Assembly: GCA_951406725.2 (NCBI GenBank)
Contig: OX597828.1
Span: 67,580,001 to 67,644,000, forward strand
Length of the DNA stretch: 64,000 nucleotides
Reading direction: 5' to 3'
Source of the DNA: Octopus vulgaris
Lineage: Eukaryota
The notes beneath the pieces were generated by a model. It did not search any database. It saw nothing but the letters and a program-made list of their open reading frames with translations, and had not been told where the DNA came from. Positions 1 to 14,439 of the stretch are shown piece by piece; the first letter of the stretch is position 1; each line of letters starts with the position of its first letter. A program made the translations under genes and the position numbers.

Positions 1-215
1 TACATACATACATACATACAAACATGCATACATACATACATACATACATACATACATACATACATACATACATGCATGCATACATACATACATACATACA
101 TACATGCATACATACAAACATGCATGCATACATACATGCATACATACATACATACATACATACATACATACATACATACATACATACATACATACATACA
201 CACACACATACATAC

Positions 216-246
<31 letters not shown>

Positions 247-891
247 CATACATACATACATACATACATGCATACATACGCATACATACATACATACATA
301 CATACATACATACATACATACATACATACATACATACATACATACATACATACATACATACATACATACATACATACACACGTACGTACGCACGCACATA
401 CATACATACATACATACATACATACATACATACATACATACATACATACATACATACATACATACATACATACATACATACATACATACATACATACATA
501 CATACATACATACATACATACATACATACATACATACATACATACACACATGCATACATACAAACATGCATGCATACATACATACATACACACATGCATA
601 CATACATACATACATGCATACATACATACATACATACATACATACATACATACATACATACATACATACATACATACACACATGCATACATGCATACATA
701 CATACATACATACATGCATACATACATACATACATACATACATACATACATACACACACATACATACATACATACATACATACATACATACACACATGCA
801 TACATGCATACATACATACATACATACATACATACGTACATACACACGTACGTACGCACGCACATACATACATACTTACATACATACATAC

Positions 892-922
<31 letters not shown>

Positions 923-995
923 CACACATACATACATACATACATACATACATACACACATGCATACATACAAACATGCATGCATACATTCATAC

Positions 996-1026
<31 letters not shown>

Positions 1027-1675
1027 CATGCATACATACATACATACATACATACATACATACATACATACATACACACATGCATACATACATACATGCA
1101 TGCATACATACATACATACATACATACATACATACATACATACATACATACAAACATGCATACATACATACATACACACATACATACATACATACATACA
1201 TACATACATACATACATACATACATACATACATACATACATACATACATACATACACACATGCATACATACATACATACATACATACATACATACATACA
1301 CACATGCATACATACAAACATGCATGCATACATACATACATACATACATACATACATACATACATACATACATACATACATACATACATACATACATACA
1401 TACATACATACATACATACATACATACATACATACATACATACATACATACATACATACATACATACATACATACATACATACATACATACATACATACA
1501 TACATACATACATACATACAACATACATACATACATACATACATACATACATACATACATACATACATACATACATACATACATACATACATACATACAT
1601 ACATACATACATACATACATACATACATACATACATACATACATACATACATACATACATACATACATACATACA

Positions 1676-1705
<30 letters not shown>
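1..1705. repeat. (ACAT)n tetranucleotide array with recurrent variant blocks; truncated by the window start
   Basis: Continuous TACA/ACAT units; the YIHT/MYVC ORFs are read-through of this repeat. Confidence 0.98.
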
Positions 1706-1706
<1 letters not shown>

Positions 1707-3852
1707 GGTAGCTATACCCAATATTTCGAATGTGATCACTCACTACTCTGTGTAAGTCCCACTCAAGTTTCATGAGTTCTCAAGGTGACCTCTGAAACCT
1801 GCCAACGAGCGGCACCCTTTGATATGTATCGTTGACTGCAGCTACATGAAGTTTACTGCTAAAGAGATATTTGACATAACTGCTTGTTTACTCGAATGTT
1901 TGTGACCAGCGAAGAGAGACAAACTCGTCGACATGCAGCTCATATGTACTGAAGCATATTGCAAGGGGAGATAACTTGTTCAAACAGTATACTAGCAGTA
2001 CGCTTGGATGCACTGGCTCGGGAATGAAATTTGCTTAGGGGGTGCAAACCCAGGTCCAAAAATATTTACAAACAAGGTCTTTTTTTTTGTTATTTGTGTG
2101 TTTTGTTCTTTGAGAAGGAACTTAATTTCAAGCTATTTTTTACACATCACATTTTATTTACCGTTTTCTGAACCCGAGGAAAATAAGTAGGGCTATAAAA
2201 AATGTTGGTTCTGCACGCCGTAAAAATTCTAGAGGGTGCGCTTGCACCACCTGCACACCCTGTTCTCGGGTCCATGCTTGGATGAGACATAACGAATATG
2301 ATTTTTTGTTTCAAATCTTTCGATTCCTGTAGTTTCATTCTCTCCAAATTTTTGCCTGACATTCCCAGTCATCCAAAGAAATTTAATATTCTGTTAGGTA
2401 AAACTCAGAGCATTCCTTAAATCTGCACTTCGCTTTTAAAGCACTGCGGTACCATTCTGTAATTCTTCATGACATATTATTTCGAAAGTTGTGAATCGTC
2501 CATAGGAGCAAGATGGAGAGTTCAACGGTGACAGTTCTCTATATTTGACAACATTGTTCTATCAAGAACTTCGGTTTTTTTGAGTATGTGACTTTCAACA
2601 AGTGCAACAGCATAAGTTGCAGATACCTTTAAGGAAACCATTCATTATTTGATTTGATTTTTATAGATAACCCATGGTTCACTAATTTATAAGGAAACTG
2701 CCAAAACATGCTTTATATAGAGAGATTTTAGTGACCATTTTTGTGTCAAGTTTCAAGAATTGAAAACGACGCCTTTTCAATGCAAAGAGAAATCCCATAT
2801 TGACTAGGGTACGTCCCATTGACTAGGATACATCCTTCTATAAATATGTAAGCTACTAAGGAACACAAGTGAGTAAATTACTTGCAAAGATTCCCCGGTG
2901 ATTAGAACGGAGGACTTAAGGGACATTAGGGGCAGGTTCAAGCTAAATCATAATCTTTGGAGTGAGGGTCATCGAGTCCGTGTGTCAAGCAAGAATAAGA
3001 GAAGTGATTCACGCAATGATTGCTTTTGAGTGTCAGTATATATGAATATGAAGCAGTCATCGATATTTAAGAGGTTTCCGATTAGAGCGGTTGAAAATTA
3101 TAAGTCTTTGTAAGTTGTATACTTTGCCTGAAGTACAATATTTAATACAGATATCACCTGGGCCATCTTCGAGTTCTACGAAAAAAGCATTTTCTAGAGA
3201 TCATATTTAGCATTCGTCTTTCTGTCTTTTACTTCATCGTGATCCGGGTACTGCATGTTCTGTGAGAGCATGTCAATCGATTTCAAATAATTCCGGAGAG
3301 TTTCCCCAACAACAGACAGTAATATACCTCTATAATAAATTGCATGCTGAAGGAAATCAGAATTACGTCTTTCCAATCCCGGCGCGGAAGTCAATTTCCC
3401 ACGCCTCATAAGGAGCTACCATTAGAAGTTCTAGTATTTTCATGCCTGAGTCCTTCAAAATATCAAGAATTAATTAAACCTTCCACCTCCATTCTAGAAA
3501 CTTTGTTATTATACTTTTGACTCGGAAATCTTAATTTCTTGACTAATGAGAACAGCATTAAAATGGTAGGTAAAGCCATGTTGTTCCCATCAGGAGTTCT
3601 GGATTTACAACTGAGGTTTTGGATGAAAGATTAGAAATACTCATATTCTTGAATGGAATTCTACTGAGCCTGAGATGAAAACTTTGGAGTAAGGGGATTC
3701 TAAAAAAGCAGATGTTTCGTTTTTATTTTATATAGCTATATATATACATACATACGTTCATACAAACACATACATACATACAAACACAGGCACAAATATA
3801 AAAATATACATATCTCTGTCTTCCTTTTCTATTGGACTTTCGTCTGTCTCCT

Positions 3853-3887
3853 GTTTCTGAAGAAGAGCTTTGCTCGAAACGTAAAAC
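3853..3887 (+). ncRNA. Minimal type I hammerhead ribozyme, canonical core, in a short PLE-type terminal repeat (about 3810-3990) ending at (TA)n
   Basis: gttt-CTGAAGA-a-GAGC-ttt-GCTC-GAAA-CGTA-aaac: stem I gttt/aaac, stem II GAGC/GCTC, palindromic ACGT stem III, GUA triplet. Confidence 0.8.
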
Positions 3888-3988
3888 CACTTTGCTTTCC
3901 TGAGAGTCGGCTAATACTTTACATGTACCACGTACTCGCGTTGTTGTTTTTTTCTGTGCCTGTTCTTCGTTTTTTTCATTTACTATGT

Positions 3989-4065
<77 letters not shown>

Positions 4066-4206
4066 ATGTATATGTATATGCATACGTATATATATATCGT
4101 CTTCTAAGAGTTATACGTTCTTGTCCATGTTGTATTTTTCTACATACCTTAACATATATATATATATATATATATGTGTATATGTATATGTATATGTATA
4201 TGTATG

Positions 4207-4267
<61 letters not shown>

Positions 4268-4674
4268 TTGTATTATCCTTGTTACTTATTTGCTTTTTAT
4301 TCACCTAATTTCGAGCAGTGTGGACCATACCGGATTGACTTGGTGCTTCAACTTAAGTCTCCAATTCAAGTGAATTGACGAGCCAACAACATTAGTAAAG
4401 TCCTTGAAGGAAGGCAGAAGAAGGCGAAGTAGACAATAACCCACCCACATTCACGCAAACACTTAGCTTTACAGTAAATATGATGCAAGAAACCAAGCGA
4501 TTTATATTTTATAAATAGACTGGTAAGGATTTCAAACTTTGGCTCAAGGCCAGAAATTTACGTTGAATCAATTCACCATTGCTTAGTTTATCAATCTCGC
4601 TGGCAAAGTCCGTCTTGGTGGCATTTTGGGCTCGGAATGTAAAGAGACACCCTGCGGTCTGCCATCTGCAGCCC

Positions 4675-4983
<309 letters not shown>

Positions 4984-5524
4984 TGCAGTACTAGGCAGTG
5001 GCTCTCATGGCTTCTGATCTTAACTGTTTGGAAGTGTTATCATGTACATTGTTTTGTCTTGGTATAAAAGATGGGCTACAGCAAATATTCTGCTCAATAC
5101 CACAGATTTGTATGTCACTTGTTTGACCGTAACCAGTTGAGCATGTCCCTTAGTGGCTGACGATATGTGAATGTCTGATCACAAGCAGAAGTAGTGGGGG
5201 AGCATCATAGCCATGTGTTGAGAGGGAGTCTTTGGGGTTTGAATAATTCACCTCTGGGTGCTTCGTTCAACATGCTTAAACAACCCTTATTCAGGGACAT
5301 CTTGAGCGGGATGGGCTACTCGACCGGAAGAACATTCTAACTGGGCCCCATCTGCAAGGTCATGTGCTGTTTATCTTGATATGAGATCACCATGTCGCGC
5401 ACATATGATTGTGATGCATGTCTCTGGTGTACCCTTATCAGACGGGTAGTCATGATAGGTATACTGGGCCTCGTATATTTCACCCCAGTGTCACTTTAAT
5501 GGCATGCACTGCTCTTTCACTCAA
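4984..5524 (+). mobile_element. Non-coding interspersed element embedded in (TAA)n; possibly a non-autonomous partner of an R4/Dong-type LINE
   Basis: About 540 bp of complex sequence beginning directly after (TAA)n; ends ...cactcaat, with (TAA)n resuming after a nested insert. Confidence 0.4.
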
Positions 5525-5534
5525 TCATGATCAT

Positions 5535-5700
5535 TATCATCATCATCGTTTAGCGTCCGCTTTCCATGCTAGAATGGGTTGGACGGTTCGACCGGGGTCT
5601 GGGAAGGCAGATGGCTGCACCAGGCTCCAGTCTGATCTGGCAGTGTTTCTACGGCTGGATGCCCTTCCTAACGCCAACCATTCCGTGAGTGTAGTGCCAA
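5535..5700 (-). mobile_element. RTE-type SINE/LINE 3' fragment with (GAT)n tail
   Basis: catcatcatc tail plus the motif ggctggatgcccttcctaacgccaacc typical of RTE-associated repeats. Confidence 0.55.
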
Positions 5701-6442
5701 CCACTCAATAATAGTGCCAACCACTCAATAATAATAATAATACATTCGTCGGCCACAACGCGCTATACGAAAGAATGATGAAATATATGGTGATGTGTGT
5801 GTATGTGTGTGTTTGTGTGTGTGTGTGTGAGCGCGCGTGTGTGTGAGCGCGCGTGTGTATGAGCGCGCGTGTGTGTGCGCGTGTGTAGTGTTAGGGACTC
5901 GTTTCTTCGAAGTTGTACCGTTAAAACTGCTTTTTCTAGGCAATGGTTGTAATATGAAATTCTATCTATTACATATATTTTTACTTAGCTACGTATTGTA
6001 GTTCAGTTTAGGTGCAGGAGATAGCAGTAAAAACAGGTGTAATAAGAAGAGAAGGATGGGGGTTGGTAAAGTATAGACTGAACGATCAGAAGAGAGGAAA
6101 TAGGGTGCGGTTAATGTATGTGCTGCGAGTTAATTCAAGCGTGGAGTAAATAACATTTCTATTGTATTAATATATTTCGAGTAAAGTTCACCAGTGATAA
6201 TAGGAAGTGACTGACTGCTACTTATCTTTTGTATTTGCTTAAAGAGGATGATGTAAACAAACACAGTATAATGGAAGAGTTTGGGGGCCAAAGATATTCA
6301 GCTTTGGGAGTTTGCGCTCGAGAACTGTTTAGGTTTATAATATCATATTGAACTTTGATCGCGGTGACTGCAAGAAAAAATGAGTTTTGAATTTCTATTC
6401 ACTAATTGTGTATAATATCCCGCACTTTTCTGATGTACAACT

Positions 6443-6820
6443 CTTTTACTTGTTTCAGTACCGGAGCACCGCCTTTAGTCGAGCAAATCGACCCCCAGGA
6501 CTTATTTTTTGTAAGCCTAGTACTTATTCCATCGGTCTCTTTTGCCGAACCGCTAAGTGACGGGGACGTAAACACACCAGCATCGGTTGTCAAGCGATGT
6601 TGGGGGTACAAACACAGACACACAAACATATACACACACATACATATATAAATACACATATACGACGGGCTTCTTTCAGTTTCCGTCTACCAAATTACTC
6701 ACAAGGCTTTGGTCGGCCTGAGGCTATAGTAGAAGACACTTGCCCAAGGTGCCACGCAGTGGGACTGAACCCAGAACCATGTGGTTGGTAAGCAAGCTAC
6801 TTACCACACAGCCACTCCTA
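6443..6820 (-). mobile_element. tRNA-derived SINE family B (CORE-like), inserted in the PLE fossil
   Basis: Reverse complement of ggagtggctgtgtggtaag...ggcaccttgggcaagtgtcttc... with internal microsatellite; more than 10 copies in the window. Confidence 0.9.
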
Positions 6821-7032
6821 GCAAGTTCTTTTTTTTTTTTCGTTTGCTTCTTCATAGAATCTTTGATAAAATGATAAAATTTATGTTAGTCTTTGCGCTG
6901 TCATAGCCATTTTAATAGAGAGGTACTAACTTTTTTTTATTTTTGTGATTGAATAAAATGTTATGTTGACAATATTTTTGTTTAAGGATATTCGCATTTA
7001 AACCAATATAGGGTTTAGTATTAAACAGTATT

Positions 7033-7266
7033 GGCGAGCTGGCAGAATCGTTAGCACGTCGGGCGAAATGCTTAGCGGTATTTCGGCTGCCGTTACGTTG
7101 TGAGTTCAAATTCCGCCGAGGTCGACTTCGCCTTTCATCCTTTCGGGGTCGATAAATTACGTACCAGTTACGCACTGGGGTCGATATAATCGACTTAATA
7201 CCTATGTCTGTCCATGTTTGTCCCTTCTATGTTTAGCTCCTTGTGGGTAATAAAGAAATAAGTATT
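7033..7266 (+). mobile_element. tRNA-derived SINE family A
   Basis: ggcgagctggcagaatcgttagcac...gagttcaaattcc (B box)...cctttcatcctttcggggtcgataaa...aataaagaaata; more than 10 copies in the window. Confidence 0.9.
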
Positions 7267-7990
7267 AACAATAACCTTGTCTTCACAGCAATCTTTCCCC
7301 TTCGAGAGGGATTAAGTTGCGATGAAGACGTTTTTAGATACGTTTTTAGCTTTTTGCATTTGCAGAGGCGATTATTTTTGCACCTGGTGAGTAGCTTGAT
7401 ATAATTCAACCATATTTCTAAAATATTTATCAGTGAATGACAGATTTCAACTAATCAGTTGGAAACGTGGAGACTGAAAGATTCGCTACACCAAATGCCT
7501 GATCTTTTTTGGTTTCTTTTTTTCTTAATTTGCTTTTGGTGTGTATTTTGTATTCTTTAATTCTGTCTGAGAACGCTTCATTACCATAGTGATCTGATTA
7601 GTTGGATACTTTTTTCGTAAGAAGATAAAGTTGAAATTCCTATAGGAACATTTCTAACAAAATTCGTTTAAGATATGTTTAGAGTGAGTAGTTTATTATA
7701 TTTATGTTAAAAAGTTCTTCATTGTATTTTTATATGAACAAAATGTGTTAACGAATATATCTGGTGTTACTTTTTATATGCTGTTTACCTACAATATTGA
7801 ACTTTAAGTAATCTATTTGTTCATTGGTGATAGAGAATCGTATTTCTTATAATCAGCCCATCATCTCGGTGTAAGCCTCTTTTTATGGAAGTGGGATATA
7901 GGCCCACTAAATTGCACATGCATACACACGTTCATTGATCCACAAACCATAACACACACACATACACACATACACACATACGCACACACA

Positions 7991-8235
7991 GTGGAGGCGC
8001 GCGGCTTAGTGGTTAGGGTGTTGGACTCATGATCTTAAGATTGTGGTTTCAATTCCTGAACCGGGCGTTCTGTTGTGTTCTTGAGCAAAACACTTCATTT
8101 CACGTTGCTCCAGTCCACTGAGCTTGCAAAAATTAGTAATCCTATGACGGACCGGTGCCCCGTCAAGATGGGGAATATATACGCTATGAAACCAGGAAAC
8201 AGGCCTTTATGAGTCGGTACGACTCGTGAAGGTAA
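7991..8235 (+). mobile_element. tRNA-derived SINE family C, diverged copy
   Basis: gtggaggcgc..ggcttagtggttaggg A box, ggtttcaattcc B box, tail gacggaccggtgccccgtc...gaaaccagg. Confidence 0.75.
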
Positions 8236-9063
8236 CTTTAACTCTACACACACACACACGTACACACACGCACACACGTGCGCGCGCAAACACACACAAA
8301 ACTGTTATTTTCACTAGTATAACTATCAATATCTTGACGCCGTTGTTTCATTGTCTACATTACTTTTCGAATCTTCTACAGCAGGCTGAAACACAAACTC
8401 CTCCAAACAATCAACACCAGCAAGATCATCAAGAAAGCCACTAAGTGCTCATTCGATATTAAAGAAATGGTTGTCAAATCTCTCTCAAATCCTCCGCTAG
8501 TGTTATCGAATATATCTGGTGTTACTTTTTATATGCTGTTTACCTACAATATTGAACTTTAAGTAATCTATTTGTTCATAGGGAATCATATTTCTTATAA
8601 TCAGCCCATCATCTCGGTGTAAGCCTCTTTTTATGGAAGTGGGATATAAGCCCACTAAACTGGAATGCTTTTGACTATAAGCCTACTCGATCAGATCGAC
8701 CGAAATAAAACAACCACAACACTAACAGCAACGGGAAACAATCAGGTAGAGTCACCAGTGTCACTCTACAAGAAATAACAACCAAATTCCTTTGATTCAC
8801 ACCCTGTCGTCTTACAAAGATGGATGTGCACATGTGCGTATGAATGTGCATGTTTGTTAACATAGTGTGTGTATGTGAGTTGATGTGTGCGTATGTATAA
8901 GAGGTCCAATGTAGTTCTACATATGGAAGACGGGATGGTCATGTTTGGAATCTGTTTGAATATGGTCTTCCACAAATAGGACTGAGCTGGGACTACACAA
9001 GATCACATTTCACTGGTAACAATACTAACACCATTAAAGAATAATAACGATAAAAACAACAAA

Positions 9064-9400
9064 ATCATCATCATCATTGGTCGAGACAATGGAATTTACG
9101 CCAGACTTCACGGTCCATCATAGCATTACAGAGGTCCTGTTGCTGGATGTCTGTATCCTTGGAGATTACATCAGGGTAGGAGGTCAGGTCAGGTTCGATG
9201 TATGCAGCATCGGATCCTGCTACTGGTAAACTGTTAACCAGTACAACCTGTGTCAGTGGGGTAGAAAGGGCTCCTTAGCCGTAGTGAAGGCAACCTGTCT
9301 AGGGAGACAACCTTACAATAAATCACTCGGTCCGTAGCTTAGAAATACTGGGTTGACGTCCAGCGGGAACAGCTTTGTTTCATGGAGGAGGAAAGACCTT
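9064..9400. mobile_element. RTE LINE fragments: a 3' end on the minus strand fused to 5'UTR-like sequence on the plus strand
   Basis: Minus strand encodes LCNAMMDREVWRKF before a (GAT)n tail; plus strand has ggcaacctgtctagggaga, resembling RTE 5'UTR motifs. Confidence 0.4.
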
Positions 9401-9885
9401 CTTTAGTGCTTGGTTGTACAATGCTTTCCAATGTGTGTAGTAGTGGCGCGCGCACACATTATTAGCCATTTGAAAAGATTATGGAATTTGCAACAAATCA
9501 ACCACGACGATGCAAGGAGGAAACCATTATATGGTCACTCGACTTGCTAGAAGTAGCAAATAAAATATTAAAACCATTCTGAACTTGCTTTAAAAGTGAA
9601 GGATACATTTCTTGAGATGAGATAAACATGGATGGCACTTTTGATGAAAAGTTGACTTGATTAAAGATGACCTGGTGTTAAACAACAACAGCAGCAAATT
9701 CAGGAAACAGTAAAGCGACTTCTTTTATGTAGTCACTCAACCTGCTAGAAACAGCAGCTAAATCTCACTAGAATGTCATAAATATACCAAAGGGGTGGCA
9801 ATGTCCATAGCTGAAAACAGTTTTGATGGTTAGAGGAAAGTTGCTGGATCGAAGTTAAACTGAGGCAAAGTAACAGAAACAACAG

Positions 9886-10282
9886 CGGAGGCGCAATGGC
9901 CCAGTGGTTAGGGCAGCGGACTCGCGGTCGGAGGATCGCAGTTTCGATTCCCAGACCGGGCGTTGTGTGTGTTTACTGAGCGAAAACAGCTAAAGCTCCA
10001 CGAGACTCCGGCAGTGGGTGGTGGCGACCCCTGTTGTACTCTTTCGCTCCAACTTTCTCTCACTCTTTCTTCCTGTTTCTTGTCCCCGACTTCCTACGCA
10101 ACCGCTGAGCCCTGGATGCGCATTCATCCATCCGTCGATGCTCTCGGTGTCGGGGCTTGACCTGCTTTCTCTTCTGCGGGTCTTACGAATAGCAAGGGAC
10201 CACGTTTCGGACTTCTCCCGAAGCGCGATCTTGCGAGCTCTGGGACGAAGACCGCTTCGGTCAACAAACAAACAAACAAACA
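9886..10282 (+). mobile_element. tRNA(Arg-like)-derived SINE family C1
   Basis: ggaggcgcaatggcccagtggttagggcagcggactcgcggtc...gtttcgattcc head, (AAAC)n tail; inverted copy at 42928-43316. Confidence 0.9.
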
Positions 10283-10980
10283 GCAACAGCAACAATATCA
10301 ACCAGCAAAGCATTGTAAGCAGGGGAAGACCATTCCCCCCGTCTCCACCCAGCTTCACTTCAGGCCTCATTTCATTTAGCAAATTTTTATATTCATAACC
10401 TGTCTTGTGACCAACTTGAGCTCTGACATATATAAGTGTTACAGGTATCTGCCTCTCCGATTGTCTAACTCTCACACACTATATCCCTTTCCTTGCCTCC
10501 CACCACTACCTCTGTCTGTATCTTTCTCTGTATGTCTGCCTGTCTGTCTGTTTGTCCTCTATCTCTCCCCTCTCTTTTACACACTCTCTCTATCTCTATC
10601 TTTCTTTCTCTCCCCCTCTCTCTCTCTTTCTCACTCGCTCGCTTTCTCCCCTTAACTCTTCTAATCTTATATATATTGAAATAAGGTATTACAAATAAAT
10701 GAAAAAAAAAAACTTCTGATATTCAAAAGTGAATATATTTTATACTTTGTTTGGTCTGATTGTTCACACACACACACACACGCACATGCACACGCACACA
10801 TACACACACACACACACAAACGCTCACACACAGAAACACACAAGTATATACACTACACCCCGCATGAATAGACATATGCATAAACATACATGCACACATC
10901 CCATCCAGACACACACACACACACACACATACATATGCATACATGTATGTATGTATAAGTACATATATGTATATATATAC

Positions 10981-11050
<70 letters not shown>

Positions 11051-11088
11051 ACATATACATATATATACATATATATATATACACACAT

Positions 11089-11121
<33 letters not shown>

Positions 11122-11809
11122 TGTATACATACACATAATCTATATGAATGATCACACACAATTATACACACATGAATAGATAAATACATAAACATAAATG
11201 TTCATACAATGTTCGTACATATACATAACCACTTACTTGTGCATATATACATATATGTATATATGTTTATATGCGTGTGCACATATACACATACATACAT
11301 CCGTACACATACACATACATACGTAGATACATACACGTACACCATGGTGATGACCAAATCGTCCTAGTTATTGGTAACAATCAATAATCGATTTCATCCT
11401 TGCAACCATCACAACGGTTGTAGACTTCAGCTTAAATGTCAAACTATCACGGTTTCTATCTAACACTAATTAGCTACCTGTTGCCATGCGCAAACCACAA
11501 TATCACTATTTTATGTTTGTTTTTGTTTTGTTTTTGTTCTTTCGTTGGTGGTGGTGGTAGTGGCGGTGGCGATGGTGTAGCTAGTGTTACTGCTCTTGTA
11601 GTTGTTATTGTTGTTGTTGTTGCGCTATTACTGTTTTTACTGTTTTGTTGTGGCTGGATTTGTTGATGTTGTTCTATTTATTGTAGGTAGATCCTGTTGT
11701 TGGTTTTGTTGCTGTTGTTGTTGTGGTTTTTGCTGCATTTTTGTTGTTTTGTTATTGTTATTGTTGTCTTCTCTGCCATTGTTATTCAGTAGCCACAGTA
11801 GCGATAGTG

Positions 11810-11975
11810 GAGGTGGTGGTGGTGCTGGTGATGGTGGTGATGGTGGTGGTGGTGATGGTGGTGGTGATTGTGGTGGTGGTGGTGGTGGTGGTGGTGGTGG
11901 TGGTGGTGGCGGTGGCGGTGGTGGTGGTGGTGGTGGTGGTGGTGGTGGTGGTGGTGGTGCTGCTGCTGCTGCTGG
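11810..11975. repeat. (GGT)n microsatellite
   Basis: Direct reading. Confidence 0.95.
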
Positions 11976-12344
11976 TATGTAACCAACCGCTGGAATGGTT
12001 TGGGAATGATCCAAAGACCAATCTTACCGGAAATGCCATGTTTCGGTCTGATCTGGAGATAACCTCACTGCCTTGTACACAATACTATACACCACCGCCA
12101 TCTACAGGCCTTATACACACACACTCAGTATCATAAACAACTACCATGTACAGGCAAAATAACATACACACACACACACACATTTCAATACCATATAGCA
12201 TTACTTTGTGCAGGCCTTGTTGCAACACACATACACACACACGTACACACGCACACACATCTCAATATTATATAGCGTTACTTTGTACAGGCCTTATTGT
12301 AACATACACACACACATGTACACACAATATTATATACCATTGTA

Positions 12345-12520
12345 AGGTAGAGATCTGGCAGAATCGTTAACACACTGGACAAAATGCTTAGCAGCATTTC
12401 GTCTGTCCTTACGTTCTGAGTTCAAATTCCGCCGTGGTCGACTTTACCTTTCATCCTTTCGAGATCAATAAAATAAGTACCTGTTGAACAATGGGGTCGA
12501 TGTAATCAACTTACCCCTTC
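12345..12520 (+). mobile_element. SINE family A, diverged
   Basis: ctggcagaatcgttaacac...gagttcaaattcc...tttcatcctttcg. Confidence 0.8.
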
Positions 12521-12596
12521 GCCTTAAATCACATTGGTTTCAAATTTTGACAAAACAAACCGATGTATTAGTATAACGCTCAGGAATAGAAAAAGT

Positions 12597-12632
12597 CTTT
12601 TACGTTTCGAGCCTACGCTCTTCTACGGAAAG
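12597..12632 (-). ncRNA. Minimal hammerhead motif, U6 variant family (this copy also U4C)
   Basis: Reverse complement: cttt-CCGTAGA-a-GAGC-gtag-GCTC-GAAA-CGTA-aaag. Confidence 0.6.
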
Positions 12633-13302
12633 GGACACACAAAGAAACAAGGAGAGAAAAAAAAGGAGAGAAAAAATGTGTGTAGTGGCTAACGATCTAT
12701 CATGACGACTTATATCTAGTACTTCTATTCAAAAATTAAAAGTAACATTACAGTTTCTACGGAGTCGCCCTAGCAAAAGCAACCAAATCTCCCTCAAATC
12801 ACAAACTTGCATTTTAGAAACGAAAACATTACATAATGTGTCCCTTATTTCTCTGCAAATAGAAAAGTCGAGATGGTCACATCTGGAATGCTATTGATCA
12901 TAGGTCTACCCGATCAGCATGATCTGGGGCCAAATAAAGACCATAGCAAGGAAAAACTAGAACGACAGATCAACAGTTATAACTGTATCACCAATACGCT
13001 GTAACCGTTAGCACACTCGCCTGCTGTTTCTTCTTACCTTCAATTCTACCGCAAATAGTAAAGCCTTTTGCTCCTCTAAGCCAAATTGCTTCCATACTAT
13101 TCCGGCCTGGCCGATATAAATACACATATCAACCAGTATGATACAGACTAGCAGACCGATACTTCGAAGTCACAGTCCTCACTCTTTTTCTAAGAGTATA
13201 TAAAATATGCACACTTCAAACATACTGAGTAATTCTTTAGTTTAAAGTAAAATTCTTTTTATTCACCACTGATAATGTTCACATATCTCTGTCATTTCCA
13301 GC

Positions 13303-13690
13303 AGGAGCGGGTGTGGCTGTATGGTAAGAAGTTAACCACATGTTTCCGGGTTCAGTCCCACTGCATGGTGCCTTGTGCAAGCGCCTTCTGCTACAGCCTG
13401 GGGCCAATCAAAGCCTTGTGAGTGAATTTCGTAGGCAGAAGTTGAAGGAAGTCAGACGTTTGTTTGTGTTTGTGTGTGTGTGTGAGTGTGTGTCCACCAA
13501 ATCTTGGCAACCAGTGTTGGGATATTTACGTTCCTGTAACCCAGAAGTTCGGCAAAAACAACCCATAGAATAAGTATCAGGCTTTAAAAAACATGTACTG
13601 GGGTCGATTCGATCGACTAAAACTTCTCTAGAGCGGTGCCCCAGCATGACCACAGTGTAATGACTGACACAAGAAACGATAAAAGATATA
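13303..13690 (+). mobile_element. SINE family B, diverged
   Basis: gtgtggctgtatggtaag...ccgggttcagtcccactg...cagcatgaccacag. Confidence 0.8.
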
Positions 13691-13771
13691 CAATATAACA
13701 GCAAACATTACTATACACCACCCCCACCCGCATGTACTTAATAAATAGGGACTCACGCATCAACTAAATAT

Positions 13772-14188
13772 CTATTTCTTTACTACCCACAAGGAGCTAA
13801 ACACAAAGGGGACAAACAAGGACAGATACACGGATTAAGTCGATTATATCGACCCCAGTGCGTAACTGGTATTTATTTAATCGACCCCGAAAGGATGAAA
13901 GGCAAAGTCGACCTCGGCAGAATTTGAACTCAGAACGTAACGGCAGACGAAATACCTGTTTCTTTACTACCCACAAGGGGCTAAACATAGAGGGGACAAA
14001 CAAGGACAGATACACGGATTAAGTCGATTATATCGACCCCAGTGCGTAACTGGTACTTATTTAATCGACTCCGAAAGGATGAAAGGCAAAGTCGACCTCG
14101 GTGGAATTTGAACTCAGAACGTGGCGGCAGACGAAATACTGCAAAGCATTTCGCCCGGCGTGCTAACGATTCTGCCAGCTCGCCGCCT
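13772..14188 (-). mobile_element. SINE family A dimer (full unit plus head-less unit) with a 14-bp target site duplication
   Basis: TSD catcaactaaatat at 13758-13771 and 14190-14203. Confidence 0.9.
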
Positions 14189-14439
14189 TCATCAACTAAA
14201 TATGAACCGCATCAAACTCACCGTTATACAAAACACCGACAAAAGTCACGGACATTGTCTCCCCTCCTCCTCCTCCTGACTAAAAAGGGCCCCATATAGC
14301 AATGAAAACCTGAACCATAAGAACATATAGCACAACCTTCCAGTGATCACCTTATTCTTATATCGATCTCTGATTGTTGATTTGCCCAGCAGCGTCTGTG
14401 ACACACGCGGTTGTTAGTGTTGTTGAATGGAAGTGGTGC

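Larger units (their letters stand above)
5890..7911 (-). mobile_element. Decayed Penelope-like element: RT plus GIY-YIG ORF fossil and 3' UTR, interrupted by two SINEs
   Basis: Minus-strand translation gives, in the expected order, GLHRDDGLII (PLE GLYRDDGL motif, about 7850-7880), ISTLSSYEK, GIWCSESFS (IIWFNPPFS-like), KPYIGLNANILKQKYCQH (YIG motif, about 6960-7020), CTSEKCGILY and RNSKLIFSCSHR; many stops and frameshifts. Confidence 0.8.

Noticed and set aside
24-1775. Long ORFs of 535-583 aa
   Set aside because: Stop-free translation of (ACAT)n in all frames; not a gene
2000-3720. Old DNA transposon or retroelement remnants
   Set aside because: Too decayed to assign; only faint motif resemblance
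9886-9960. tRNA gene
   Set aside because: A and B boxes are present but there is no proper acceptor stem, and it continues into a SINE body
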